In this document: positions 1-13,706 of the stretch, piece by piece | Layout: the number at the start of each line of letters is the position of its first letter | Numbering within the stretch: the stretch's first letter is position 1 | Origin: Octopus bimaculoides | Taxonomy: Eukaryota | NCBI RefSeq assembly: GCF_001194135.2 | Contig: NC_068984.1 | Coordinates: 72,602,639 to 72,666,638 of the forward strand | Reading direction: 5' to 3' | Length of the DNA stretch: 64,000 nucleotides | Notes under the pieces: generated by a model | Databases searched by the model: none | What the model saw: the letters and a program-made list of their open reading frames with translations, nothing else | Told to the model about the DNA's origin: nothing | Made by a program: the position numbers and the translations under genes

Positions 1-4
1 TACA

Positions 5-38
<34 letters not shown>

Positions 39-435
39 NNNNNNNNNNNNNNNNNNNNNNNNNNNNNNNNNNNNNNNNNNNNNNNNNNNNNNNNNNNNNN
101 NNNNNNNNNNNNNNNNNNNNNNNNNNNNNNNNNNNNNNNNNNNNNNNNNNNNNNNNNNNNNNNNNNNNNNNNNNNNNNNNNNNNNNNNNNNNNNNNNNNN
201 NNNNNNNNNNNNNNNNNNNNNNNNNNNNNNNNNNNNNNNNNNNNNNNNNNNNNNNNNNNNNNNNNNNNNNNNNNNNNNNNNNNNNNNNNNNNNNNNNNNN
301 NNNNNNNNNNNNNNNNNNNNNNNNNNNNNNNNNNNNNNNNNNNNNNNNNNNNNNNNNNNNNNNNNNNNNNNNNNNNNNNNNNNNNNNNNNNNNNATATAT
401 ATATATATACATACATATATGTATATATATATATA

Positions 436-469
<34 letters not shown>

Positions 470-1671
470 TTTGTGTGTGTGTGTGTGTGTGTGCTTACAC
501 ATAAATATCTGTGTATAATACTTAATGCAAATACATCGCTAAGAGGCAAAGTAACTGCAGAATTTGTTTTGTCCAATGATGATATCTCTTATAAATGCAC
601 TGTCTATAAAAATATAATTATATCTGTATCAGACAAGAGTCATCCATCAGTGGCGGTGAGAATACTAGATGTGCATTTCTGCATCGTTGAGCTTTGTCAG
701 TTTTATGTAACCAGAGTCATGAGTTGGCTATTTTAATCTAACACGCACACGCAGACAAACATATATGTACGTATATCTATAGACAGATATATAAATGAAT
801 AGAAGGAGATACCCGCAAACACATTCATGAGTGTGCGTGTGCGTGTATGAGTGTGTGTATCGTATAATTCTTGATTGAAAGTATTGACATAAAATTATAT
901 ATAAGATTATATAAAACGTGATATATACAGATAAAGCAATGTTTCTTAATTAGAGCACAGATACGAGTACAATATCGGAAAGATAGAAGTGTCCGTCTTG
1001 CTGTTCTCAGCTCATACCCATATCTCCACGTCTTAAAAACAAGTACTCAGTACGATCTGTTTGACTAAAATCATTCAAGGCGATGTCCAAGCATGACCGC
1101 TTCCCAACTGAAACAAGTATAAGATAAACTATAAAGATTACCTCTGTACACGTGCAAAATTTGGGGCCAGAACTAAGGCGTTAGCGAAAAGCTCTCGTGA
1201 CACATTGTTAAATTCGTATTATTGTGTGTGAGTGTTATACAGAAAAATACGAACATGTATACGCATAAACAACTATACATGCATACATACATACATACAT
1301 ATATATATATATGTGTGTGTACATGTGTGTGTATACACATGCGTGTGTGTGTACGTAAATGTACGTAAATATATGTAATCGTGTGTGTGTGTATGTGTGT
1401 GTGTATGTGTGTGTGTGAGTAACTTAGTTAACTTAGCCATTTTTGGCGGCGAACTGGTAGAATCGTTAGCAATCCGAACAAAATGCTTTGCGAGACTTCT
1501 TCCTGCTCTCAACGTTCTGAGTACAAATGTCATTTCGAGGTCGATAAAATAAGTACTAGTTGAGCACTGCGGTTGATGTTATCAACTTCCCCTCCCTTCA
1601 AAACTTGCTAGACTTGTGTCAAATTTAGAAAGAATTATTGTCCGGGGCCACGTTTAACTTAAAAGGTCCAC

Positions 1672-1825
1672 CTGATGCAATCTTTTAACTCGTGCTTTGG
1701 AACACATTGGCCCAGACAAATCGAAGAAATTTTTTAGGCACCGTTTTGGTGTCATAGGTTTTTCTTCTTTGATTTCTTTCGAAATGGTTTTACAATGGAG
1801 TATGGTCATTGGAGGTAAAAATGTG
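1672..1825 (-). CDS. Candidate exon (TFLPPMTILHCKTISKEIKEEKPMTPKRCLKNFFDLSGPMCSKARVKRLHQ)
   Basis: Acceptor tttgccacag|, weak donor CAG|gtggac. The antisense register is also open and has a strong + strand donor at 1849, so the strand is uncertain. Confidence 0.22.
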
Positions 1826-2673
1826 CTGTGGCAAAGTTACTACGTAATGTGAGTTCTATTTTTGTACAGTGGTCTAGAAAGGCAAGGTTTATAAACTTGA
1901 TACCGGAATCGTTGGAACAGTATGAATAGATTCGTGGAGAATAGAGAGTTTTACTTTTGTGGCGATCGCAATAATTCAATACATGCGCATCTGCATGTGT
2001 GCGTGTATCTCTAGTGCGTGTATCTCTATAGGTAGGTAAGTAGATAGATATATAGAGGGATAGATAGGTAAAAGAAGACAAACACACATAAATAATCATA
2101 AATATATATATATATATATATGGAGAGAGAGAGAGGGGGAGAGGGAGAGAGAGAGAGAGAGAAAGATGTGTACATACATGTTTACATACTTGCATTTATA
2201 CATAAATACATGGTGTCATGATTTATATATGTCTATACCCACACACAGAAAACACACAAACATATATATATATATATGTATATATNNNNNNNNNNNNNNN
2301 NNNNNNNNNNNNNNNNNNNNNNNNNNNNNNNNNNNNNNNNNNNNNNNNNNNNNNNNNNNNNNNNNNNNNNNNNNNNNNNNNNNNNNNNNNNNNNNNNNNN
2401 NNNNNNNNNNNNNNNNNNNNNNNNNNNNNNNNNNNNNNNNNNNNNNNNNNNNNNNNNNNNNNNNNNNNNNNNNNNNNNNNNNNNNNNNNNNNNNNNNNNN
2501 NNNNNNNNNNNNNNNNNNNNNNNNNNNNNNNNNNNNNNNNNNNNNNNNNNNNNNNNNNNNNNNNNNNNNNNNNNNNNNNNNNNNNNNNNNNNNNNNNNNN
2601 NNNNNNNNNNNNNNNNNNNNNNNNNNNNNNNNNNNNNNNNNNNNNNNNNNNNNNNNNNACTAGCGCTTTTAAT

Positions 2674-2710
<37 letters not shown>

Positions 2711-3355
2711 ACTCACACACTCACACACACACTCACACACACACACGCAAACAAACACACACAGCTACACACTCAGACAAACACACCCACATATACAAAC
2801 GCTTGTGAGTACACACAGGTTTATACATTTAAGCACACACAAACACGCACACACACAAACACGCACACACACAAACACGCACACACACACACGCACACAC
2901 ATACGGTCGTAAGAAAACACCTGAACACAGCCGACAGTTTTAAACTCTGCTTTAATGATGAATTTATGAGTTGAAATAAGCGAATGAAAATGTATGTGCT
3001 TGAAGCAGGGATGGATGGGGGAGTAACTGGTCTTCGTGGAAACATCTCTGTCTCAAAGCAATGATGCTGACATCATAAATCAAAGCAATTTAATTACTTT
3101 CCTTCAGCCACATTGTCAATTTAATTTTATGCTTCGCTGTCTGTTGACACACTTTTCTTTGACCTGGAGAGTTCATTTCGAAGATCTTCCAAATCACTAA
3201 ACATTGCCAGTTTTATAATATCCTAACTATGTTACTTGTCAAACACACATGTATTTAGCTGTGTGAATTGACAAATAATCTTCACTAGAATCCTTCGTTT
3301 TATGTATGCATTTAAAATACTTTGAAATAAAATATAACAAAATTGCATCAGACTC

Positions 3356-3419
<64 letters not shown>

Positions 3420-3434
3420 GGTGGTGGTGGTGGT
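3356..3434. repeat. Compound (TAG)n(TGG)n microsatellite
   Basis: Seen directly. Confidence 0.95.
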
Positions 3435-4524
3435 TTAAAACCAAGGCAATCGTAATTGTGCAAGTCTGAAAAAACGTGACCAACAGATATTTTATTTTCT
3501 TTCTTTTATTTAGTTTTTGGCAAGTCTAAGACGTCTCTTACTTTATTTAATATAAATTCAATCCCGTTCAATCCAGAATGTATTGCGTCAGCGTATGAAT
3601 AAGTATCCAAAATCTCAAGAACGAATACCGAAGATAATTAATTTACGCTGTAAAAGGAACACAATAGAGTTCAGAATTCAATGTTTCGAGCTTTTTAATC
3701 CTGCATTATGAGGCAGGATTTTTGAATGCTGTCTTTCACTAGTAACAGAACATAAAGTATGTGAGACTATAGTTAACGTAAATAAGATTGAGTGTGATTT
3801 CCATGGAATTAGGTTGTTATTTTTAGCAAGCTGCCAGTTGTTTAGTTCCTGAATGATATTATTATTTTCATTCAAATCCAAGACGGTTCTGGTCGAGAGA
3901 CTTGTGTTCAGAAATTTCAGACGTGAACATACAGTATGTTTTTTCTTAGACATACATAGTATATCAAGATTTATATTAACCAATGCATCTTAGAGGTTTT
4001 GTAACACAATGTTGAACGTTTTTCTACAAATTAGTAATTTAGGCATGGGTATACAGTTTTGGTATGTGTATATGTATCGATAATAGTTTGACTAAGCGCA
4101 GTATGACTTATAGTTTGTTGGCTCTTAGAACCAATGCATCTTATCAGATATATAAAGACGGCTTCTAGATGATAGGCCACTACTTCTCAGGTCGGGACAC
4201 ACATGGTGATATTTTTGCGGAAGCGATATAAGTTCTCCAGTGACTCTCCATCCCACGTGTCTCCCCCTTTTCTCCTCTTCCACATGACGAAAGATTTCCA
4301 GATAAAGGGTATACAATAAAAAAGAATGATAACAAAAAATATAAGTTCTTTTCTAAATTTTGGGGCCCTCGTGCTTTGGACATAACGTTGGTAGGTGGCT
4401 GTCGCCAATATATCTGCAAGCTGCAGCATAGGGTATTCAGCGACACACGCGCACTCGCATACACGTGTACACACACACACCTCTTATACATACACACATA
4501 CATACATACACACACACACGCACG

Positions 4525-4576
<52 letters not shown>

Positions 4577-4590
4577 NNNNNNNNNNACAC

Positions 4591-4625
<35 letters not shown>

Positions 4626-5053
4626 CACATATATATATACACAGTTGAAAATATGTGGAAAAAATATAAAAAGTGGAAGAGAAATGCCTTCGTTTCATAT
4701 AGTTTAATATAGTTTTATAAATATATACATATTACATGGATGTCGTGAAATCCAACCGGTTTTCGCTATTCAAATTAGCCTTTCAAGGAACACTGTACAG
4801 TAATCAGTTCTCGTGACAGAGGGGATGTTTGAAGAATAAGAAGAATGAGTCTAGAGAGTGAACCAAGGGAAGCAACAAGTTGGAAGGGGGACAACTGGTT
4901 TCTTAGTATAATTTTGAAATGGTCAAATTTGTATATTGAGGTGTGGTCTGTACTTTTGTGTGAACAGGTTTTCCTTGTTTAGGCGTTCTTGTACTGAGAT
5001 TGAATCTGTGCATTGGTATAATGGGAAAAAATGAAAATTCGGCGTTTTATTAC

Positions 5054-5091
5054 TTGCGCATTTGTCGATATGTCCGCTCAGTGCTATCTGC
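5054..5091 (-). CDS. Candidate 38-nt exon (ADSTERTYRQMR) phase-compatible with 7540-7705 and 1672-1825
   Basis: Acceptor tttccctcaatacag|, donor AA|gtaata; supported only by splice signals and phase. Confidence 0.22.
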
Positions 5092-5151
5092 CTGTATTGA
5101 GGGAAACGAATCTCTTCTTTATGCAGCGTGACTCTGCGTCTCAGAGTAAGG

Positions 5152-5199
5152 CTCGTTTGGCCCACATAATTGTGACCACAATTATGTGGGCCAAACGAG
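5152..5199. repeat. Perfect inverted repeat, 23-bp arms, 2-nt spacer
   Basis: CTCGTTTGGCCCACATAATTGTG-ac-CACAATTATGTGGGCCAAACGAG. Confidence 0.97.
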
Positions 5200-5645
5200 A
5201 ATAATGCTTAGCGTCATACTTTCTGAGCTTAAATTCCGCCGCGGTCGACTTTGCCGTTCATCCTTTCGGGATCGATAAAATAAGTACCAGTTGAACACTG
5301 GGGCCAATGTAATCGACTTACCTCCTCCCCTGAACTTGCTGGCCTTGTGCCAAACCTTGACATTCTTATTATTATCATATTGTTTNNNNNNNNNNNNNNN
5401 NNNNNNNNNNNNNNNNNNNNNNNNNNNNNNNNNNNNNNNNNNNNNNNNNNNNNNNNNNNNNNNNNNNNNNNNNNNNNNNNNNNNNNNNNNNNNNNNNNNN
5501 NNNNNNNNNNNNNNNNNNNNNNNNNNNNNNNNNNNNNNNNNNNNNNNNNNNNNNNNNNNNNNNNNNNNNNNNNNNNNNNNNNNNNNNNNNNNNNNNNNNN
5601 NNNNNNNNNNNNNNNNNNNNNNNNNNNNNNNNNNNNNNNNNNNNN

Positions 5646-5681
<36 letters not shown>

Positions 5682-5874
5682 CCTAGCCCCCATAGTTACC
5701 GAGAAAATCGATTAAAACAACCTGTGTGCGTGCGTGTATGTGAGTTTGTGTCACTGAGGCCATTCATGCATACATACATACATACATAATTACTCTCTCT
5801 CTCTCTCTCTATCGGTTTTTCTCTGTCAATCACTCACATTCACTCACTACAAAAACTGAATAGAAAATTTTAGT

Positions 5875-5902
5875 TATCTCTCTCTTTCTTTCTTTCTTTC
5901 TT

Positions 5903-5981
<79 letters not shown>

Positions 5982-6090
5982 CTCTCTTTCTTTCTTTCTT
6001 TCTTTCTCTCTATTTCTTTCTTTCTTTCTTTCTTTCTTTGTTTCTCTCTCTTTCTTTCTTTCTTTCTTTCTCTCTCTTTCTTTCTTTCTC
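5875..6090. repeat. (CTTT/CT)n polypyrimidine microsatellite
   Basis: Seen directly. Confidence 0.95.
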
Positions 6091-6266
6091 ATATACAAAC
6101 ACACCATCAACATTACTCTCTCTGTCTCGCATACCTCATCAAACATACATACAAACACACACACACACACATACGCACGCACATCAATTCTTCTGTCTCA
6201 CGCCAACTTCAAAAGAATTTCAGTCCATATCTCTTTTCATTTGACCTGGTACCAAAAATTTGAAAC

Positions 6267-6312
<46 letters not shown>

Positions 6313-7539
6313 GTTGTTGTTGTTATCATTAGAATGCTGGACAAAATGCGTAGTGGCATTTCGTCCGTCTTTACGTTCTAATTTCAAATTCTGCCGAGGC
6401 TGGCTTTGCTTTTCATCCCTTCGAGAAGGATATATTTAGTACCAGTTGAACACTGGGGCTTATGTAACCGACTAACCTCCCGCCTAAAAATGTCAGGCCT
6501 TGGGGCTATAATAGATACAATTATTACTCCAGTCACGTGGTGAGCTGGCAGGTCAGTTTGAACGTTAGTAAAATATTTTACCGTACTTGTTCATTCTGAA
6601 TCCAAACCCTGCCGATGTTAACTTTGCTTTACATCTCCCCATGTTCGATGAAATAAAGTGTCAACCAAGTACTAGGGTTAATGGTATACACTAACATCTC
6701 TCCCCTCAGAATTACTCTACTTGTGTCACAAACAAAAAGCATTATTTTTACTCCTGCGCCCTTATTGTTATTCGGCCTTTCATCTTTAATCAAAATTATT
6801 GTATTATTATTCTGTGTATTATAATATTTTCGTTCTTGTATCTGTCTTCATTATTACTGTAATTGTATTTGCTATTGTATTATTATGTGTTATGTGTTTG
6901 TTAGTTTGATATTGTACTTGAATCAATATTGCAGCTTTAACGATAAAGAAATTTTCATTGTAAATATAATAATTTTTTATGAATTGAATTGAAAATTAAT
7001 CATTGGATATCAAAAACCCTCACCATCTTGTTGAAATTATTTCATTTTATTGCATCTTTTCTTAATCTTAAATTATTATTGATGTATTTCATGATTTCAT
7101 TTCAGATTCTACACTGTATTCTCTCAGGAGAATTTTTGATATTGCACCTGTTTCTATTTTTTCCATCATAAACACCATTGATCGGTGAAAGTTTTTTCTG
7201 GACCTTTTACTAATCGATACAAATTATTTAAAACATATTTTAAATAAATTCATACTTTTTCTATCAATAAATTAGGAAATATATATTTTTATAACCGTTT
7301 ATTGTAGTTAAGTCGTTAGAGTATTAAATAAAATTCCTTGCGGTATTTGCTTTGGTTCTCTCCTTTTTAAGTTCAAATCCAGAAAAGGTCAATTTTGCCA
7401 TTCATTCTTCCTGCGTCATAAGATGAAAATTGTCTGGGATAGCACTGTCTAAAAGTTCGAGTGCTTTGTAGAGTCAATAATCTCAACTAAGCAAATTCCA
7501 TCATATTTGCAAGTACTTTGATCAAAATATTACTCATAC

Positions 7540-7705
7540 GTTATTTCGCTTATTAGCATCTTCTGAGTTTAAGAAGAACATCTGTATCTCTAGATCTTCC
7601 CAGAGAACACTGTTATCACTCTTGACCCAGGACAAAAAACCCGAGCACACGTCATACTCGTTGAAATGAAACAGGAACGACAAAATACTGCGAACCTTGG
7701 TTGTG
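7540..7705 (-). CDS. Candidate internal coding exon of an unidentified gene (TTKVRSILSFLFHFNEYDVCSGFLSWVKSDNSVLWEDLEIQMFFLNSEDANKRNN)
   Basis: Acceptor gttagctttcag|, strong donor AAC|gtatgagt, 55 stop-free codons of complex composition; family not recognised. Confidence 0.5.
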
Positions 7706-8851
7706 CTGAAAGCTAACACATACATCTAGCGACTGCAGTAGCTGAGCAAAAGACATATTCAGACCGACTCCAATACGTTAATATTGTAATAGAGTCATGT
7801 TCGATGGAGAGAAAAAAAAAGGGAGGTAACATACAATGTTTTGGTACAATATACAATCAGGGCTTCTAGACAAGGAATGGTTCTTTTGCAGGCATCGTCA
7901 AATATTTTTCCTCCTTCTTTTTTCAAAAGAACCTCATACAATATAAGATTTATCCAATCTTCGAGTTATCTTATCTTCTGATTATATTGATTCCAAATTT
8001 TGGCGCAAAGCCAGCTATTTATGGAGACGGAGATAAGTCGGTTACATCGACCTCAGTGTTTAAATGGTACTTATTTTATCAACTTGGAAAGAATGGAAGG
8101 CAAAGTCAACTTCGGCGAAATTTGAACTCAGAACATAGAGATGGATGATTTGCCGCTAAGCATTTTGCCCGGCGTGCTATCAACCCTGTCAGCTCGCCGC
8201 CTTGTCTTCTGGTTATATTAACATAAAAAATCTATCGCTCAATGTTTCGAAATAGAAGTTTCTAGAGACCCTTCCATTTTGTGTGTATTTTATTAGCATG
8301 TTATTGTATGTTTTCCATAAACTTAAGTTTGACTTTTCGTAAAGAAATGATGTTGAGAAGTATGTGATGTTGAGTGTCTCTGTAGTTGTTTTCGTTTATT
8401 ACTTTTCTTGTTTATTCTAATACTCTTTTTTACTGCGGTTGTGTATTTTCTGGTTGTTACTTTAGTTGTTATAGACTGGATAGATAGTTGTTGCTGTTAA
8501 GGTCTTTTCTTTTTTTTCTTTTTCGTGTCCTGAAGTTGTTGCGTTTGCGAATTTATTTAATAATGATTTTGTTTTTGTAGCTACAGGTTTAATATTTGTT
8601 GTTGATGATATTGTTGCAATGGTTGGATGATGGCGGTGGCTATTTCTTTGGTCAGTTCTTCGATGTCTCTTTAGAACGTTTGTTTTTCGGCGATACACGA
8701 CTTTTACTGATTTTTCCTTCCCCCTTTCTTCGTCACACCGTCGCTCTTTGTTATAGTTTCCGAATTTCCACTTTTATTACGCCACGATTATTCGGAGGGA
8801 AAAACATCGGAGGTGAAGAAGGGAAGCGACGTATCTATCTATATCTCTTAG

Positions 8852-8922
8852 CCAATGTAACGCTTCCGTTTCTTAAAAAATGGAAAGAGTAGACGCTTCA
8901 GTCTGGTCCGACATAAACTGCG
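8852..8922 (+). other. Candidate exon with ATG at 8880 (MERVDASVWSDINC)
   Basis: Acceptor ctatatctcttag|, donor GCG|gtaaga, inside a CpG-rich patch; downstream partner unknown. Confidence 0.3.
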
Positions 8923-10485
8923 GTAAGACACGACGCTGACCCTGTAATAGACATGGAAAGGGATGTAGACGTTCGCCACATCTGATCCAACGTTCGGGGA
9001 TAGGATTCTCTTGGCCCATTTGACTGGTACTATATTTTATTGGCCGTCCCCTCCTCCGGAAATATAAAAAAAAAAGTAAAATTTAACTCGGTAAGATTTG
9101 AACTCAGAAAGTAAATGTACATAGATCTAAATACTGAAAGGTAATTTCTTCAACGCTTAACTGATTCTATCATCAAAGATAATATTCACAATAACGATAA
9201 TATCATTTTTCTTTTATTTTTATATTTACTATCGTTATAATTCTTGCAATAATTATTTATTATCCAGCTTATAAGGTAGGATTTTACAAAGAAGGATTTC
9301 TATACGTTGAATATAAATGATAACACAAGAAGAAACGTAAACCAGAAGAACAATAAATCCAAGATTTAATAATTTATCAATCGTCTGTCCATGCATTCTC
9401 TTTTATTATTATTTTCGTTTTTTTTAATGTTTTCTCTTGAGCGAAGAATCGGTTTTAATCCTAAACTCATCACAGAAGGATTACAGTGACAGTTTTAATA
9501 TAATCTTTGTATTCGAAATATTTGACAAAGACAAACAAGGATTTCTATGAACATTACTGAAACAATTCAGATACTTAGGATGTATGGAATGATATAACTT
9601 ATTCTAGATTAATAGCATTTAGTGTATACGGTGTATATCTGGCTTTTGTCATTCAATGTAATGACTGTGATGATACACATACGCACATATATAATACACA
9701 CACACACACACACGCACACATACACGCACACACATACACGCACACACACACACATATATATATACACATGGCACCCTTCGACTTTTTCTATTCAAAGGGG
9801 ATTTTAACTCAATATTTGGTTACTGTTTATTGCTTTATGTGACGTGCCTCAAGAGACAATATTCCAATATATAAATATATAGATGTGTGTGTGTGAGTGT
9901 GTGTGGGGGCATAACACTTTAGCAAAAATAGTGTTGACAATGACTTCGAAGTTTCAGTCGGTTTAGCCTTTATCGGATAGTCCAATATAGGTTAAACAGG
10001 CCAAACCTATACAAAAACTTTTTAATGATCCTTCAGTTTAATGTAAAATTGTCTTTTTTTTTCCATAGCTCGATATAAAAACAACCCTCACCCCATTCGC
10101 TTTAAACGTTAAGAGCTTAGCCAAAACCTTTTTTACTGTAGTAGACTCTAACTTCCCACGTGACCATAAATACCATTCAATCTTCAACAGATCTACTTTG
10201 AAATTAACCTTCTCTCCGCCCAATATGGAATCTATTGTTGCCTCATCTAATAAGCGTAGACTTAATTCTTACTACCTAAATATATACAATCATAACGTAG
10301 GTCAATGCAGCGACAACACTAACACCGACCATAATAGCATATATCACACCCGTAGCCATATAACTAGCACTATAATTAGCATAAACCAGGATACATAGCA
10401 CTATAACTAGCATAATCCAGGATACGAATATCCTCGATTCCAAGGAAGGTCGGAGTACGGCTAAAACGAATGTTAATACAAATAA

Positions 10486-10486
<1 letters not shown>

Positions 10487-10562
<76 letters not shown>
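10487..10562. repeat. (CTA)n(GTA)n head-to-head microsatellite forming a palindrome
   Basis: About 12 CTA units abut about 13 GTA units at CTAG 10521-10524. Confidence 0.95.
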
Positions 10563-10619
10563 ACAATATTAATAATAATGCGAGCTAATCCCCTAATACC
10601 ACCCTATACTTTAACTTGT

Positions 10620-11950
10620 CCATAAATAGTACAGCATCATCCCATTCCACAACTAATCTACGTAAGACAGATAGCTACAACTGCCGGTCGGGGCCGAATG
10701 CCCGCTGCAAGACCATTGCAGAATGTTTAACATGGTATATAAATGCATTGACCACAACATATCATACAATTCTACTCGCCATTACATCGAGTCTACTATT
10801 AATTTGAAACAGAGATATTCTGCACATCGAAACTCATTTAAATATAAACAGCACGTCCCAAGCGAACCACATACATCAACTGATAAATAATAAAATACCA
10901 CATAGGATATCGTGGGCCATAATAGATTCTGGAGTCCCATAGAAAGGCCAACGCTCTACGTGTGGACCTTGCCTGAAAGAAGCCCTCCAAATATTTATTC
11001 CTAATTCACCACAATTACTCAATAAATAACACGAAGCATTCTCTACATGTAAACATAAATTCTGTCACACCTTTAGATTCTTTCATTGGTCCAAATGCAA
11101 GCAAAATCAACATACATAACACTTGCCTATATGCATCCACGGTCGTTACAATATACGTACGTTTTTTTTTAAAATTTTCTTCTCTATTAACAAAAGTATC
11201 TTAGAAGCTAGCTCGCTGCAATAATCTTTTTTGTAGTGTTTTAATTTTCAATCTGTAACCTTTTCAATTTTTAATTTCTAATTCTTTAATTTTTATCCTT
11301 TATCTATTTAATTGTATTTTTATCCTATATATACTCCCTTAAGCTAGGAATTAATTTTTAGCTATCTCTACTGACCACTGAATTAAATTTTCTTTCTGAC
11401 CACACCGAACCTACAATTCACCTATTTAATAAATCGACATAAATGCCTTCCTTCTCCACTTTACCAAAACTTTAACGCCTGACCTCTCACTCCCAACCGA
11501 CCCTTACGAAGAATAATACTGGCATCATATCTTTCTCTTTACTTTTTATTTTTTAAATCTTATTTTACTTTCACTCTCATTCATTCTTTCCCACACCTAT
11601 CCCATTCCTTTCTTTTCTTTCTTTTTTCTCTCTCTTCTATTTACTCACTCACAACTCATATCTGTCCAATATGATGTCTGTTTTTCTCACTCTATAGACC
11701 CACGTAGACCATTTTCATACTAGCAAACCACTTAATTCTATTCCTTCAACATGAAGGCAACATTCAAAATACAGCCTGGATTTACCTGGAATTATACCTA
11801 AAGGCCTATACCTTCACGGAAGTACGGACACTCTGGAAGAAGATGAGCTGTGAACTTTATTCTCCTCTATACTCAACCACCATTAAAAAAAAACATAACT
11901 GAATAATGTGACACTGGGCTCCCTGCACATGTGCAGAAGACTAGATGGTC
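10620..11950 (+). mobile_element. Penelope-like retroelement 3' remnant (GIY-YIG endonuclease plus pyrimidine-rich tail)
   Basis: Frameshifted YNCR...C, LKQRYSAHRNSFKY, NHIHQLINNKIPHRISWAII and C..CLKEALQI match the Penelope endonuclease layout. Confidence 0.75.
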
Positions 11951-13666
11951 GTGGTCAGAATGCCAGTGATCGTAGCTCCAAGCAGCGGTGAAACAACTAT
12001 AACTACGTTCAGTAGATTAAACACAAAACTGAACTTGAAGAAAAGTGAACATTTTGTTAGCCTCTCTTCCGATTCTGCTAGCCAAATGTAACGATAACGG
12101 TTTCCTTTCGAAGGAACATTATTACAAAACATAAGGTAGAGAAGGGTTGATTAAATTAACATTAGTACTTAAAAAGTACTTATTTGCTCGACAACATTGA
12201 AGTTAAAAACAAATTTTAACCCAATGGGATTCGAACTCAGAATCCAAAGTTACAGAGTTGATTACTGTCAAACATAGCCTCAGAGAGGAATTTTATCAAG
12301 AATTACGATACTGAAAAGTTATTGCGTTTGAGTAAAATAAAATATAGGTAGTTCAGCTAAGTATAATTTTATTCAGCATATTCACCTCTCAGATTCACAC
12401 ACTTATTGCAGTGGTCCTTCAGTTTTTCTAAGCCCTGTAAAAAAACTCGTAAGTCTGGGCCTCTAACCAGAGCTTTCGCGATACCCTTAAAGCCAGAAAT
12501 TTTTCAGCATCCCCTCATATAAATTTCTTTCGAGTCCTCTTCCTGAACTCTAAATCTCATTAACGCAAGTAATTTCCGAGATCCAAGAAAATACCCAGAA
12601 CCAAGTACTCTGTATCATTGTACCCTCTACTGACAGGCACCAATGCCTTTCCAAGTTTTACAGCCGCTCTACTAATTCTGTCATCCATCATACCTTTTAT
12701 TGTGACAAAAGAAATTAAAATCGTTACCCTTAGCCTCCAGCAACGTATAATGATTATTAAATGCTTCATATTCTTCANNNNNNNNNNNNNNNNNNNNNNN
12801 NNNNNNNNNNNNNNNNNNNNNNNNNNNNNNNNNNNNNNNNNNNNNNNNNNNNNNNNNNNNNNNNNNNNNNNNNNNNNNNNNNNNNNNNNNNNNNNNNNNN
12901 NNNNNNNNNNNNNNNNNNNNNNNNNNNNNNNNNNNNNNNNNNNNNNNNNNNNNNNNNNNNNNNNNNNNNNNNNNNNNNNNNNNNNNNNNNNNNNNNNNNN
13001 NNNNNNNNNNNNNNNNNNNNNNNNNNNNNNNNNNNNNNNNNNNNNNNNNNNNNNNNNNNNNNNNNNNNNNNNNNNNNNNNNNNNNNNNNNNNNNNNNNNN
13101 NNNNNNNNNNNNNNNNNNNNNNNNNNNNNNNNNNNNNNNNNNNNNNNNNNNNNNNNNNNNNNNNNNNNATCCGATGATGCTAAATTATGTGCAAATTAAC
13201 CCTCAAAATTTTGCAGCCATTGTCAACTATGCTGTGCCGTCTTCTGGGTTATCCTTCCTTCTCAAAGTGACGGATTAACGTGCAAAGTAATTGAGCACTC
13301 CACAGGCATACGTTTAGTATAATTCTCAAACAGAATCAGCATAACAGTGTGTGACGAGGCTGTATTTGTTGAATTATATAGGTACAATCCACCCCGAGGG
13401 ATTCTATACAGTTTCCGTGTACTCAATTCCTTTTTCAAAATATAGGTCGATCAGAGGCCATAAAAAATGGTATTTGTCCAAGATGCCACGCAGGGGATTG
13501 AACCTGGAACTTCGAGACTGCGAAACGAATTTCTTAATCATATGGCCATGATGCACCTACTCAACTAAAGTATGCAGATTAAAAACACAACTAATTTCCA
13601 CATTATGAAAACTGAAGTCAAGATTTCTTCCTCTTCTCCCACCCTTCCTTTCTGTGTGTGTGTGTG

Positions 13667-13706
<40 letters not shown>

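Noticed and set aside
1444-1520. tRNA-like A/B-box sequences here and at other SINE heads
   Set aside because: They continue into multi-copy SINE bodies; no complete cloverleaf tRNA gene is evident.
4075-4082. DRE-like TATCGATA octamer
   Set aside because: Single short motif with no supporting promoter context.
3678-4480. Open frames at 3678-3983 and 4125-4480, and a 15-bp direct repeat (3978-3992, 4129-4143)
   Set aside because: No matching acceptor/donor pair or recognisable domain; the repeat has no associated element structure.
10365-10425. Two-unit 31-bp tandem repeat
   Set aside because: Simple slippage duplication with no spacers; not CRISPR-like.
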